Position numbers and translations under genes: made by a program. From a virus, in IMG/VR virus record IMGVR_UViG_3300048625_000156, positions 30,808 through 94,807 of that record: a DNA stretch of 64,000 bases. One strand, written 5' to 3'. The notes beneath the pieces were generated by a model. The model was not told the origin of the DNA. It made no database searches and saw only the letters and a list, made by a program, of their open reading frames with translations. This document shows, in pieces, positions 1 to 10,168 of the stretch (position 1 is its first letter; each line of letters begins with the position of its first letter).

Positions 1-1120
1 TCTTATCTGGGTCAGGAACGAAGGTTTCATCAAAACGCTTTGCGGTGTCAATAGGGTTGCGGATAGTCATACATGCACGAACCTTGTCTTGCTGTTTGAA
101 GAACGCATCTGAGGCATATGTTGGGATACAGGCAAAACGTTGCATGGCATCTCCTAGGTCCGTGAAGAATGAGATCTTGAAGTCCTCAATGCTTCTTGTA
201 GGATTGATTACCCAAGTTGGACGCTTGAGTGCAAATACTCCTGGATACTTGTATGACAGAATTGTATCTTCATCCCACTCAATCTCCAAGGTGTTACCCT
301 CAGCAGTTTCTGGTAGGTCCTCATTCATAATAAACTTGTGAGTCTTTGTGATTATTTCCTTGTCTGCAATCACAGCGTCGTATCTCTGGGAGATGAAGTC
401 TCCTGGGTAACGAGGGAAGGATAGCAGGGCTACCTTGCCCAGGTCAGGGAAGCGAGAGTCTACAGAGGCACGGAAGGCTTTATAGATGTTGTCTGCTGTC
501 TTTCCTTGGTCATTTCCAGTTCCAATCTCCTGTGCGAAACCAGAGATCTCGTCAAGTACTGCTAGGATAAGGTTAAGACCCTCATGAGACTCACGCTCAG
601 AGTGACCAGAATAAACAGTAACAGACTTATCAAACTCAATGCTTTCTGCCTTGGCGTAGAACTTTCCAGCAAACCATGGTGAGCGTTCAATCTTAGACTT
701 GAAGCCTTTGAAGAAAACGTTCTTAGCCTGTTGTGCGTTAATAGCTACGTTAATAATATCGATAGCGTCACCGCCTGGCTTACCGAAGTAGCGAGCTGGA
801 TCTTTTAGGCAAAGAAGTTTGTAAACAATATATGCACAAGCAACAGTAGAAGTAAAGTCCTTACCACTACCCTTACCAAGCTGTAGAATAACTTCGTTCT
901 TCGTATATTTTTTATAATAGCGTCTTCCCTCTTCCTCACCCATAATGTCAATGACATCTTCAAGCTTGTAGATTTGGCTCATAGCTTCTACAATATCGTA
1001 CTGGTGCTCTGATAGCGGTGGCTGACCCAGGTAGTCTTCACCCTCTACAAATGTTTTAGCATTTACAGGCATCTCGTCAAAGTTTGTGCTTTTGAGAACC
1101 TCAAAGAAATCATTGAACAT
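1..1120 (-). CDS. terL: Terminase large subunit, N-terminal ATPase part (runs off window start)
   Basis: Not in ORF track. Manual translation from ATG at 1120 gives MFNDFFEVLK...VILQLGKGSGKDFTS (Walker A)...LAVLDEISGF (Walker B); overlaps the stop of the upstream gene. Confidence 0.9.
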   Translation of the reverse strand, partial: MFNDFFEVLKSTNFDEMPVNAKTFVEGEDYLGQPPLSEHQYDIVEAMSQIYKLEDVIDIMGEEEGRRYYKKYTKNEVILQLGKGSGKDFTSTVACAYIVYKLLCLKDPARYFGKPGGDAIDIINVAINAQQAKNVFFKGFKSKIERSPWFAGKFYAKAESIEFDKSVTVYSGHSERESHEGLNLILAVLDEISGFAQEIGTGNDQGKTADNIYKAFRASVDSRFPDLGKVALLSFPRYPGDFISQRYDAVIADKEIITKTHKFIMNEDLPETAEGNTLEIEWDEDTILSYKYPGVFALKRPTWVINPTRSIEDFKISFFTDLGDAMQRFACIPTYASDAFFKQQDKVRACMTIRNPIDTAKRFDETFVPDPDK

Positions 1121-1643
1121 TGACAATTGTGATTGTCTCCTGGTTCTTGGCAATGTCAGAGAGTCGTCTCATAATCTTGTCACGGATCTCTGGGTGCTCG
1201 GATGCGATGTCTTGCAGGATTCCCTTGAGGATGTCCTGCTTGCGTTCAATCTCTACCATCTCTTCTGCTAGCTCTTTGTTCTCAAGTAGACCAGCCTTCT
1301 GCAGCATGTCAATACGCTTTGACTCAATGTCCAGGACCAGCTTGATACCAGCAGTCTTTGCACTTAGATTGGCAGTAGTGGTAGCGTCATCGATAACCTC
1401 ATATGCTTTATTAATTAGTTTGTTATAGTGGGTGTCTGCAACCACAAGTGCCTCTTTAGCACGAGCACGGATTGCAGCATTGTCTGCAGCCATGAGCTTC
1501 CACTGATTGATGTGAGCAACAACCTTGGTGCGTGGAAGAGCAAGCTCTTTTGAAATCTGAGTAGGCTCTGCCCCTTGTAGATACTTCTCTACAACCTTGT
1601 TAATTTCATCAAGGTGTTCTACTGTTAAATCTTCTAGTGACAT
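1110..1643 (-). CDS. Probable terminase small subunit / HTH protein
   Basis: N-terminal HTH-like segment (PTQISKELALPRTKV), helical, directly upstream of terL. Confidence 0.55.
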   Translation of the reverse strand: MSLEDLTVEHLDEINKVVEKYLQGAEPTQISKELALPRTKVVAHINQWKLMAADNAAIRARAKEALVVADTHYNKLINKAYEVIDDATTTANLSAKTAGIKLVLDIESKRIDMLQKAGLLENKELAEEMVEIERKQDILKGILQDIASEHPEIRDKIMRRLSDIAKNQETITIVNVQ

Positions 1644-1942
1644 TATGCCTTCTTTGCTTTCTTAACTCTACGCTTAGGTATACGCTTAATGCGGTCAAGT
1701 GAGAAGGATCTGAATGCCCCCACTTGTCCACGGTGAACTTCGTGGCAATCAACCCAGGTAGCCCCAGTCTTTGTGTTAGTTGTAATGCTGACAAACTTGA
1801 AACGCATTCCATACTCACCCACGACCTTGATAAGGTCTCCAGTTTCAATTGTAAAGTTTCCAGACTCCATCTCGTATACACGAGAGAAGATGACAGGTGG
1901 AGGAGTGAGTGTGCTTGCAATAGTAGTTTTACGTCGTGCCAT
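1643..1942 (-). CDS. Hypothetical protein (basic, SH3-like)
   Basis: ORF coupled to neighbours by overlapping stop/start. Confidence 0.7.
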   Translation of the reverse strand: MARRKTTIASTLTPPPVIFSRVYEMESGNFTIETGDLIKVVGEYGMRFKFVSITTNTKTGATWVDCHEVHRGQVGAFRSFSLDRIKRIPKRRVKKAKKA

Positions 1943-2094
1943 TATCTTTTAGACTTCCTTAATCCGAACTTAGCTAAATAGACGTAGATAGTTTCTACGC
2001 TAGTACCGCACTCCTGTGCAATCTGCTCAGGGGTTTTCTTATCCATATGGTATCTCTTTTTTAACCATACCTCACTAGTATACAGCTTAGCCAT
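1942..2094 (-). CDS. Small HTH DNA-binding protein (50 aa)
   Basis: Manual translation MAKLYTSEVWLKKRYHMDKKTPEQIAQECGTSVETIYVYLAKFGLRKSKR; fills the gap exactly with TAATG overlaps. Confidence 0.75.
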   Translation of the reverse strand: MAKLYTSEVWLKKRYHMDKKTPEQIAQECGTSVETIYVYLAKFGLRKSKR

Positions 2095-2657
2095 TACTTT
2101 GTCAACCTTTCCCAGTTATTAATTGCGTAGTGTCCAATACCAATAGCATCTGCTACGTCGTTATCTTTAACAATCCTATCATACTGCACCTCAATGAAGT
2201 GGATAGTTTTTTGTTTGCGTTGTTCTCTTAGCTGAGTCTTAATCCAAGAGTCAGACTTACCTGGGTTCTCTAGTTTCATCTTGGTGATCTCTTCCTTGCT
2301 TGGCTTCTTATTGCCAATGAAGTTCTGCCAGGTAATTGGTGCTACTGATCTAATTACAGGCACTCCTAATGCCCCTAACAATGCCCCCTGAACTAGTGCA
2401 AGGTCTGCAGCAGTCTTAGGGCTATTCATAAACACCGTATGCTCAATCACAATGGCTTCGATGTCAATGTGCTTAGAGAATCCACGAATCTTTTTAGCAG
2501 CGTCTACGACCTTGCTGTAGGCTGTAAGTCCAGTGAAGTTAATCTTTCCATATGACTCAAGCTTTCCATCTACAAAAATTGAGAAAGCAAGGCTATTAGT
2601 GCTAGCATCGATTGCCATGATAGATTTTGGGATGCTTACGAGATTACTCAGTTTCAT
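2094..2657 (-). CDS. RuvC-like Holliday junction resolvase
   Basis: IMAIDAS, IVIEH and DVADAIGIG RNase H-fold acidic motifs. Confidence 0.8.
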   Translation of the reverse strand: MKLSNLVSIPKSIMAIDASTNSLAFSIFVDGKLESYGKINFTGLTAYSKVVDAAKKIRGFSKHIDIEAIVIEHTVFMNSPKTAADLALVQGALLGALGVPVIRSVAPITWQNFIGNKKPSKEEITKMKLENPGKSDSWIKTQLREQRKQKTIHFIEVQYDRIVKDNDVADAIGIGHYAINNWERLTK

Positions 2658-2937
2658 TCCTCATAATCCTTTTAATGTCTTTAAGTGCTTTGGCAACGTC
2701 AATAGGGTTGACATTGCATATAGAACAAATTTCATTATCATTGTAAATGGAAAGATGACTGCCACAAGATTTACAAGCTCTACCTTTAATCCTGCGTTTT
2801 TGTATACGCTTAAGGATATAGTTTTGTGCTATCTTCTCTTTAGTGGCAGCCTCTCTACATTCAGCTGAACAATAAATTTGATAATTTATTTTGGTTTGGA
2901 ATTGGTGGTCACACCATTCACATCGTTTGTGGTTCAT
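2644..2937 (-). CDS. Zinc-finger protein
   Basis: CxxC...YCSxxC...CxxC...CxxC. Confidence 0.7.
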   Translation of the reverse strand: MNHKRCEWCDHQFQTKINYQIYCSAECREAATKEKIAQNYILKRIQKRRIKGRACKSCGSHLSIYNDNEICSICNVNPIDVAKALKDIKRIMRNETE

Positions 2938-3727
2938 CTAAAGGCTCCAGTGATTTAATTTTGATCACTCCAGAACCAGCGTTGTCACAAGCCTCACGGA
3001 TTGGACACGTCTTACAAATCTTTGAGTTAGACCGATAATTCTTCTCAGGCAGTGTCTTGTCTGACCATGCCTTTCGAACAGTTCTCATCCACTCAAATGT
3101 GTTCTCTACCCACTCAAACATGTACTGATTTAATTCTACAGGAAAAATCAACAGTTCGTGATTGTTCTTGTTCTCATAAATCAGAACAGCTCTATTCTTA
3201 TTAAGGATCTTCATGTAGATAAGCAACTGGACCATGTGACCCAGCTTTGGCTTACCTGCCATTTTACGATATTCAAATCCCTCATTAGGCATTGTCTTGA
3301 TCTCACCAAGCAATTCCTTTTCATCCCAGTTGAGCATTACGTCACCATATCCAAAGATAGGTGGATCATTATAAGTAACTTTAAATTCAGAATCAACTAG
3401 AAAGCCTGGAACGTTTCCCATAGCTGCCTGGATACGTTCGTGTGACTTTGTACCAGCAGTCATGTTTGCACCGCCATAGGCATCAGCGTTGTCTGTGAAG
3501 TTTGCACCTTCGAAAGCCAAGTACCAGTAGCGAGGACATTCTCCATGTGAGAACGCAATCGTGCTTGGTGCAAAGGTCTTCTTAGTCTGAAACTTATCTA
3601 CACGATTGATTGTATAACCAGAGTTAATCTTTTCAATCAGTGCATCTTTGTCAAGGAATGATGGACGAGAATTTGGACTCGTCTCAATCTTCTTGAGCAT
3701 TACTTGTTGCAATAGGTTCTTAGCCAT
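2918..3727 (-). CDS. Cas4-like PD-(D/E)XK exonuclease
   Basis: ECPRYW, GTKSHE, GYGD...GEIKT, QLLIY and C-terminal CKTCPIREAC (split Fe-S cysteines). Confidence 0.85.
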   Translation of the reverse strand: MAKNLLQQVMLKKIETSPNSRPSFLDKDALIEKINSGYTINRVDKFQTKKTFAPSTIAFSHGECPRYWYLAFEGANFTDNADAYGGANMTAGTKSHERIQAAMGNVPGFLVDSEFKVTYNDPPIFGYGDVMLNWDEKELLGEIKTMPNEGFEYRKMAGKPKLGHMVQLLIYMKILNKNRAVLIYENKNNHELLIFPVELNQYMFEWVENTFEWMRTVRKAWSDKTLPEKNYRSNSKICKTCPIREACDNAGSGVIKIKSLEPLDEPQTM

Positions 3728-3734
3728 AATAACA

Positions 3735-4040
3735 CTAGCGAGTGATATACTTCAGAGCTGATACGAGGTTATTGATAGCCTCTGCAGCAGTGTAGTATAT
3801 ATTCTTCTTCGCTCTGTCTCCTTTATCTACGTTGGTAAGCCAGGTGGCTTTAAAGGACATCTTCGCAGCAATTGCTTGCAGACGAACGATCTCCACGGTT
3901 GCAACATTTAGAGGTACGTCAGGCTTGATGATAAGCTTGGCAATAAAAGTAAGAGCAGTAGTCAGCTCTTCGTCATTCATGTAGTCAGCAATCTCTGAGA
4001 GACCATTGACCATTTCAATTGTTGTTTGTTGCTGTTCCAT
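3735..4040 (-). CDS. Hypothetical protein
   Basis: ORF with AAGGA SD and upstream TGTATAAT. Confidence 0.7.
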   Translation of the reverse strand: MEQQQTTIEMVNGLSEIADYMNDEELTTALTFIAKLIIKPDVPLNVATVEIVRLQAIAAKMSFKATWLTNVDKGDRAKKNIYYTAAEAINNLVSALKYITR

Positions 4041-4073
4041 TTGTATCCTTAATTGTTGTACTTCTATTATACA

Positions 4074-4361
4074 CTATTCAACGCCGTTAATCAATTGTTC
4101 TAGTACCGACATCTCAATGACTGCTAATCTTGTTTTAATTCCACTTTCACCAATAACCACCACGATTGCAGGATCATTGTTATTACGAATAGCATCAGTT
4201 GTAGCTTTAGCCCAAACCTCTTTATTAAGGGTAAAGGACTTTCCAACTTCTTTAAAATCAACAGTGAAGTTTTCCCAAGTTGCGTCACCCTTATGGGTTC
4301 CTCTACCAGAGTTCTTGTGTTGCTTGGCTCCAATTCGTCTACTCTCGCTCTTCTCGCTCAT
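4074..4361 (-). CDS. Hjc-like PD-(D/E)XK resolvase/nuclease
   Basis: NSGRG..KGDA....VDFKE motif. Confidence 0.65.
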   Translation of the reverse strand: MSEKSESRRIGAKQHKNSGRGTHKGDATWENFTVDFKEVGKSFTLNKEVWAKATTDAIRNNNDPAIVVVIGESGIKTRLAVIEMSVLEQLINGVE

Positions 4362-4524
4362 AAGACTCCTTCTTCTTCTTAGTATTTAAATCGACAACGC
4401 TAACGTGACGATCTGGGCACATCCATGTAAGTCTCTTCTCGCCAGGGTAAGAACGGATGGTTTTGACATCCGCCTTACACTCGTGGCAAGTAAAGTCCCC
4501 ATGATAAATATTATACTTCGCCAT
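4339..4524 (-). CDS. Small zinc-ribbon protein
   Basis: CHEC...CPDRH; coupled to recA. Confidence 0.65.
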   Translation of the reverse strand: MAKYNIYHGDFTCHECKADVKTIRSYPGEKRLTWMCPDRHVSVVDLNTKKKKESYEREERE

Positions 4525-5524
4525 TTACCTTAGCCTCAATAGCTTCCTGAAGATCTAGGTCTTCTCTTACACGATTGACAAATGCATCTCTACCCTGGAC
4601 CTTAGAACCATCAGGAAGGATGTACCAGGCTCCTGTACGCTCTACAATGCCCATCATCTCTGCAGTGTCAACCAAGTCTCCAATGCTGTCAATGCCCACC
4701 ATAGGACCTCTGAAGTAGAAGTCATACTCTCCACTCTGGAAGCCAGGAGAGGTCTTTGAGAACTGAACTTCCCAACGAACCTTACGTCCTACTTTCTCTT
4801 CAATGAGCTTATCGCCCACCGCAATCTTGCCTTTGATAGCCTGATTGTCTGACTCAGATGAGAAAAGTTTAATAACAGTTGAGCTATAGAACTTAGTCGC
4901 TTGACCACCCGAAGGCTGCTGACTTGTATACATAGCACTAATATTATTACGAGATTGACTAATGAGTACAAGCATCGTAGGCTTGACTTTATTATTGGCA
5001 TAGTTGAGCATCTTCCATGCGTTACTAAAGTCTCTAGACTCTGCTCCAATCTGCTTGGTGTTTTCAAGTTCTTTGAGTTCATCTGTACCCTTTTCAAAAT
5101 AGATTGCTGGCAGTAGTGATGTGATTGAGTCAATGGCGATCAGGTCTACCCCTGCATTCATTAGGGCTGTACCAACGTCTACCATCTCGTTGATTGTACG
5201 AGCCTGAGATACGATTAGCTGGTCTGTATTTACTCCAAGAGCCTTAGCCCAGTCTTCAGAATAAGACATCTCAGCATCGATCCATGCACATAGCTTCCCC
5301 TCTTCCTGGGCTTTAGCGACCATCTGAAGGCATAGAGATGACTTAGCTGATGACTTACTGCCCCAGATTAGGATTTGGCGACCATAAGGAAGACCACCCA
5401 GCAATGCACGGTTCATGCCATGACTAGGAGTCTTCTGGAATGTGGTTGTGAATCCCACTCCGTTAGATAGACGCTTACGAATTTTTGGATCTAGCAAAGC
5501 TAGAGCTTCTTCCATAGTTGTCAT
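4511..5524 (-). CDS. recA: RecA/UvsX-like recombinase
   Basis: GGLPYGR, GSKSSAKS P-loop, WIDAE, IAIDSI, GGQATKFYS, GAWY. Confidence 0.92.
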   Translation of the reverse strand: MTTMEEALALLDPKIRKRLSNGVGFTTTFQKTPSHGMNRALLGGLPYGRQILIWGSKSSAKSSLCLQMVAKAQEEGKLCAWIDAEMSYSEDWAKALGVNTDQLIVSQARTINEMVDVGTALMNAGVDLIAIDSITSLLPAIYFEKGTDELKELENTKQIGAESRDFSNAWKMLNYANNKVKPTMLVLISQSRNNISAMYTSQQPSGGQATKFYSSTVIKLFSSESDNQAIKGKIAVGDKLIEEKVGRKVRWEVQFSKTSPGFQSGEYDFYFRGPMVGIDSIGDLVDTAEMMGIVERTGAWYILPDGSKVQGRDAFVNRVREDLDLQEAIEAKVNGEV

Positions 5525-5748
5525 TATTCCACCAGCCCATTAATCTTTGCAGGGTTGAAACCTGACCACCAGTCGTCTCCTGCGTTCACCACAGGCATTG
5601 CCTTAAAGCCCTTGTTGACTAGCATCTCAAATGCCTCTAGGTCTACGGTAACATCTACTGTGCTGTACGGCACGTTGATCTTATCTAGGCTTCTTTTGGT
5701 TGCATCACACTGTACGCATGATGGCTTTGTATATACGATTACATCCAT
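5524..5748 (-). CDS. nrdH: NrdH-like glutaredoxin
   Basis: YTKPSCVQC...PVV...WSGFNP. Confidence 0.92.
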   Translation of the reverse strand: MDVIVYTKPSCVQCDATKRSLDKINVPYSTVDVTVDLEAFEMLVNKGFKAMPVVNAGDDWWSGFNPAKINGLVE

Positions 5749-6095
5749 TAGAACTTTACCCCATGCTTCTGTGCTCGTAGCTTGTTTACACTGGTCTTGT
5801 TTTCAAATGCGTAGTCAAGGGATACATGCGTATATCCATGCTCTACTAGACCTGCATACAGATCGAAGGTGCGGATAAGGATGTCTGCCATTTCATCTGC
5901 TACCGCTTCTGGTCCGTGAGACTTACGAATAGCCTCCATAACCTCCGTAGCCTCTGATACAATCATCATCAACTGCTTGGTCATAAAGATATCTGTTTGT
6001 TCCTGTGTGGCATCCTGGATTACATCCCAGAACCCTTTTTCTACTGCTAGTTCATGCAACTCAGTTGCAATATCGTCAAATGTTAAATTAGACAT
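5748..6095 (-). CDS. MazG-like nucleotide pyrophosphohydrolase
   Basis: SEATEVMEAIRK...DEMADILIR. Confidence 0.8.
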   Translation of the reverse strand: MSNLTFDDIATELHELAVEKGFWDVIQDATQEQTDIFMTKQLMMIVSEATEVMEAIRKSHGPEAVADEMADILIRTFDLYAGLVEHGYTHVSLDYAFENKTSVNKLRAQKHGVKF

Positions 6096-9000
6096 TGTTT
6101 ACATCCTCCATAATTGTTGTTCCATCTTTAGTTTTACCCAAAGAGAATTTGTATACGTTACCCTCATCGATCTTCATGTATGCCTTGGCATACGCTGTAG
6201 GGAATACTGTAACGCTGTGTAGCTCTCGGCTGGCATCTGCCAGAACTAGAGAAGCCATCTTCTTTCCAGCCTTGGTTACTCGTGACTTGAATGAGACTAC
6301 AAACAGTTCATCCTCTTTATACGGTAACTGTCGGAAACCTAGAATCTTTGTTAGACCATTCTGTGCTGTTTTGAGTTCATCGACAGGGATAGCCTCTGTG
6401 ACACGGTTATCGCTAGCCAGGATAAGATAAGTCTTTCCTGCTTCAACCTTAGACTGTTCTTCGTCAAAGATGCCAACACTGCCAGTCTTGTCTAGAATCT
6501 CTACACGAGACCAGCCCTTGCCACGCTTAATAGTTTTAACCATTCCCATAACAAGGTACGCACCCTTTTCCTCATACTCTTCAATGTCATTAATAAACGC
6601 ATAGTAGTGCTGTGGAATGGATACGTTGAACTCTGGTAGGTTCAAGTACTCGTATAGGTTCTCTTTAATCTCGTCATCATTGCGAGGATTATCAGGGAAC
6701 GTTGCTGCTCCGATGAGTCGTAGTGCTGACAATGCACGAGAGTTAACTCCGTTACCCTTGCCAAATGTGAACTCTTCCAGTTCCTTGAATGATGCAAAGG
6801 GACGTGCTGCAATGTATTTCTCAGCAATGTTATCACTAATAAACTTAATAGCAGTTAGTCCGAATCGAATACCCTTGCCCTCAATCTTGAAGTCAGCATC
6901 AGAGTCGTTGATATGTGGAAGCTTTACAGGAATGCCCATACGCTTTGCCTCAATCAGGTACTCTGTACGAGCATCCTTGTCGCTCTCGTTCTTGAGCAGA
7001 GCAAACATGAACTCTAGTGGGTGGTGATACTTCAACCATGCTGTCCAATATGATAGAGTTGAGTATGCGACAGCGTGAGACTTGTTGAACGAGTACCCTG
7101 CGTGAGCCTCAAAGTCATGCCACAGCTCTTCAGCCTGTTCTGCACGGATGTGCTTAGAAGCACCACTGACGAATCGTTCCTTGAACACGTCGAACTCACG
7201 AGCGTCTTTCTTCTTACCAATGATCTTACGAACCTTGTCAGCCTCTGCCATCGTCATACCGCCAAGTTCTGTACAGGCAAGCATAACCTGCTCTTGGTAC
7301 AGAACACAGCCGTAGGTGTCCTGTGTAAAGGACTTCATCAGCTGGTGGTGGTAAGACACGTTCTGCTTACCGTGCTTACGAGCAATGTAGTCCTTACCGA
7401 TGGTGTTCATCGCACCTGGACGGACAAGAGCGTTAGATGCAGCAAGCTCATTGAAGTTCTTGACACCCATCTTGACTAGCAGGTTGGTGTAAGGTGTGGC
7501 TTCACACTGGAAGACACCCTTGGTGTATCCCTCAGAAAGCATCTTGTAGACGTTGGCATCCTCCATGTTGATGTCATGCAGGTCAATGTCTGTTCCAGAA
7601 CGTTCTTCAATAATCTTGAGAGTGTCCTGAATAACAGATAGGGTCTTCAGACCCAGAGCATCAATCTTAATAAGACCAATACGCTCTGCTTCACCCATGT
7701 CCACAGCAACCACAGGAATGCGTTCCTTGGTTCCAGGTGCTACACGAGTCTCCATTGGAGCAAACTTGAAGATAGGCTCCTTGGCAGTTACAACACCAGC
7801 AGCGTGGATACCAGTACCACGGATACGTCCACGAAGCTTCTCACCGTAGACCTCTACCTCTGGGTACTTCTCACGGAACTCTGCAGTCTGCTTAGAGTTG
7901 CAGTAGTCGTCCCAGTCGTCCACAAGCTTAAGTACCTTGTTAACGTCAGGCAGTGGGATGTTTAGTACACGAGCAATGTCTCGCACCATACCCTTACCCT
8001 TGAATTCCAAGAACGTAGCAATGGAAGCAACGTGACGGTACTGGCGAACCAAATAGTCCTTTACTTCTTCTCGGCGTGAGTCCTGGATGTCTGTATCGAT
8101 ATCTGGGAAGTCGTTACGCTCTGGGTTGATGAATCGGAAGAACAGAAGACCGTGGACAATCGGATCGATGTCTGTAATCTCTAGTGCGTAGCAGAGCAGT
8201 GAACCTGCAGCAGAACCACGACCAGGACCAACCATAATGTCTTCTTTCTTAGCCCATGCAATCATAGAACGCACAACTAGGAAGTAAGGACCAAAGTTCT
8301 TATCCTTAATAATCTTTAGTTCCACATCAAGACGGTCAAGGTATTCCTGGTTCTTGTCCAGACCCTTAGCTTTGAGACCAGCCATAGCAAGTTCTTTTAG
8401 TTCCTTGTCTGGGTTCTGGTACTGTACAGGAAGCAGGTCAGCGTGGTCCTGAATGTTGTAGTCTTCAATCTTTGCTACGATGTCAAGGGTTGCCTGATAC
8501 ATATCTTCACGGTCAATTCCCTGTGCTTTCATAGCGTTACGCATCTCTTCGTCCGACAGCAAGTGAATGTCAAACTTGTTGAATGACATCTGACGGTCTG
8601 CACCGTATAGGTAGTCTAGACGTTCCATTAGTGTGTCGTACTTGGTTGACTCCTGATAGGTTACATCCTTCTCAGTCTTGTTAGCATAAGAGTTGAGGAT
8701 AAGCTTTAGTTCCTGAATCTCTTTCTGAGAGGTGTCTGCGTGGTGGCAGTCTGGAGTTACTACTGGAGTTACCCCGAATTCATCAGCAAGATCAAGAAGC
8801 ATCTTGTTAATCTCTGCTGGGTTGTGAGGCATGACCTCAATGTAGTAGTCGTCTCCAAAGGTCTTCTTTGCCCACTGGATGTGCTCCTTGGCTACTGCCA
8901 GGTTGTCTGCTTCGATAGCCTTGCATAGGAATCCTGACAAGCAACCAGAGGTTACAATGAGACCCTCTTTGTACTGCTCTAGAACTTCCCAGTCCATGCG

Positions 9001-9363
9001 AGGCTTCTTGTAGAAACCCTCAGTCCAGCCAATCTCGTTTAGCTTGTTAAGGTTCTCAAGACCCTTGGCATCCTTAGCGAGGATAACTAGGTGGTTGTAG
9101 TTAAGGTTAAGTAGGTCAGTCTTGTCCTTTTCTTCGTGGTCAAAACGATCTTTACAGATGTACCCCTCAACACCAAGAATTGGTTTGATACCTGCCTCTT
9201 TGGCAGCACGATACATTTCACGGTGACCAGATAGAGATCCGTGGTCAGTGATTGCAATTGCTGGCATTCCCAGCTCTACGGCACGGTCCACATATTCTTG
9301 TGGTGTTGCAATTCCGTCAAATAGCGAGTAGTGTGTGTGGACGTGAAGACCAGCGTAACTCAT
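6088..9363 (-). CDS. dnaE: DNA polymerase III alpha subunit (family C)
   Basis: PHP domain LHVHTHYS/ITDHG, GRGSAAGS, PDIDTD, FNKSHA. Confidence 0.96.
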   Translation of the reverse strand: MSYAGLHVHTHYSLFDGIATPQEYVDRAVELGMPAIAITDHGSLSGHREMYRAAKEAGIKPILGVEGYICKDRFDHEEKDKTDLLNLNYNHLVILAKDAKGLENLNKLNEIGWTEGFYKKPRMDWEVLEQYKEGLIVTSGCLSGFLCKAIEADNLAVAKEHIQWAKKTFGDDYYIEVMPHNPAEINKMLLDLADEFGVTPVVTPDCHHADTSQKEIQELKLILNSYANKTEKDVTYQESTKYDTLMERLDYLYGADRQMSFNKFDIHLLSDEEMRNAMKAQGIDREDMYQATLDIVAKIEDYNIQDHADLLPVQYQNPDKELKELAMAGLKAKGLDKNQEYLDRLDVELKIIKDKNFGPYFLVVRSMIAWAKKEDIMVGPGRGSAAGSLLCYALEITDIDPIVHGLLFFRFINPERNDFPDIDTDIQDSRREEVKDYLVRQYRHVASIATFLEFKGKGMVRDIARVLNIPLPDVNKVLKLVDDWDDYCNSKQTAEFREKYPEVEVYGEKLRGRIRGTGIHAAGVVTAKEPIFKFAPMETRVAPGTKERIPVVAVDMGEAERIGLIKIDALGLKTLSVIQDTLKIIEERSGTDIDLHDINMEDANVYKMLSEGYTKGVFQCEATPYTNLLVKMGVKNFNELAASNALVRPGAMNTIGKDYIARKHGKQNVSYHHQLMKSFTQDTYGCVLYQEQVMLACTELGGMTMAEADKVRKIIGKKKDAREFDVFKERFVSGASKHIRAEQAEELWHDFEAHAGYSFNKSHAVAYSTLSYWTAWLKYHHPLEFMFALLKNESDKDARTEYLIEAKRMGIPVKLPHINDSDADFKIEGKGIRFGLTAIKFISDNIAEKYIAARPFASFKELEEFTFGKGNGVNSRALSALRLIGAATFPDNPRNDDEIKENLYEYLNLPEFNVSIPQHYYAFINDIEEYEEKGAYLVMGMVKTIKRGKGWSRVEILDKTGSVGIFDEEQSKVEAGKTYLILASDNRVTEAIPVDELKTAQNGLTKILGFRQLPYKEDELFVVSFKSRVTKAGKKMASLVLADASRELHSVTVFPTAYAKAYMKIDEGNVYKFSLGKTKDGTTIMEDVNNV

Positions 9364-9396
9364 TTAATTCCTTTGTTAGTAGTTTGTTGTATATAC

Positions 9397-9425
9397 ATTA
9401 TGCCACAGATATTGGTCTTTGTCAA
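9397..9425 (-). promoter_or_regulatory. Sigma70/SigA-type promoter for dnaE
   Basis: TTGACA-17-CATAAT on minus strand, with TGTG extension. Confidence 0.7.
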
Positions 9426-9432
9426 GCCTTGA

Positions 9433-9474
9433 AAAGTAGTAATGGGGAGCAGCCGTTACGCCACTCCCCACCAC
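9433..9474 (-). terminator. Probable intrinsic terminator after ssb
   Basis: GC-rich hairpin GGGGAG..CTCCCC followed by TACTTTT. Confidence 0.5.
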
Positions 9475-9484
9475 AAATTGTTTT

Positions 9485-10141
9485 CTACCAGTCGGTGTTA
9501 GACGAGGTGACTGAAGAGCCACCACCAAAACCGAAGTAGAAGTTTTCCTGCTCTGCGTAGGCAACTTCACGAACAACCTTTTCAAGGTCAAACGCTTCTA
9601 CCTCTCCCCAGGCATATGGCTCTGTGTCAGGCTTGGTAGGAAGCAAGGTGTAGCTGGTTTCAGTTCCCTGACCATTACGCTTGATCTTCCATTCAAGGTT
9701 TGAGATTGAGCCAGTCTCAAGTGCGTATTCACGGATAGTGTTGAACGCTGACTGCTTTGAGATACCCTGTGACCATACGGCTACATAAGGGTCTTCTGTG
9801 CCATCGTCAATAATGACGTTGCAGTAGAAGCGGAGACGTGAACGCCATCCAGACTTTGGCTCCTTACGAGCCATCTCACAACCGTAGCAACGACCCTCTG
9901 AGTCGATGGTACATGCTGCCTTGAGCTTGTAATCCTTTGGATTAGTGTGCTCTGAGATTACTACAGAAAGACCACGGTCTTCTGCATAGCTTGCTGAATC
10001 TTCGTCCAGCTCTTCGATGAATCGAATCTTTGCGGACTGACCGTCAACTAGCTTTACCCAGCGAACTTTCTGTCCATTGTTTTCGTATTTTGGCTTGTCA
10101 ACAATTGCGTTGATATCTTTAAGCCCTCTGATGATACTCAT
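9485..10141 (-). CDS. Single-stranded DNA-binding protein (gp32-like)
   Basis: KIRF, Zn-ligand C..C.GC, IKRNGQGTETSY, polar tail ending DW; between primase and polymerase. Confidence 0.75.
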   Translation of the reverse strand: MSIIRGLKDINAIVDKPKYENNGQKVRWVKLVDGQSAKIRFIEELDEDSASYAEDRGLSVVISEHTNPKDYKLKAACTIDSEGRCYGCEMARKEPKSGWRSRLRFYCNVIIDDGTEDPYVAVWSQGISKQSAFNTIREYALETGSISNLEWKIKRNGQGTETSYTLLPTKPDTEPYAWGEVEAFDLEKVVREVAYAEQENFYFGFGGGSSVTSSNTDW

Positions 10142-10168
10142 ATATGTTTCTCCTAATTGGTTGGATTT

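Noticed and set aside
2918-3727. Cas4-like gene as evidence of CRISPR-Cas
   Set aside because: No cas1/cas2 or repeat-spacer array was seen; solo Cas4-like nucleases are common in phage recombination modules.
9376-9591. 71-aa ORF between ssb and dnaE, and the similar ORF at 29614-29919
   Set aside because: Both overlap gene ends, terminators and promoters in alternative frames.
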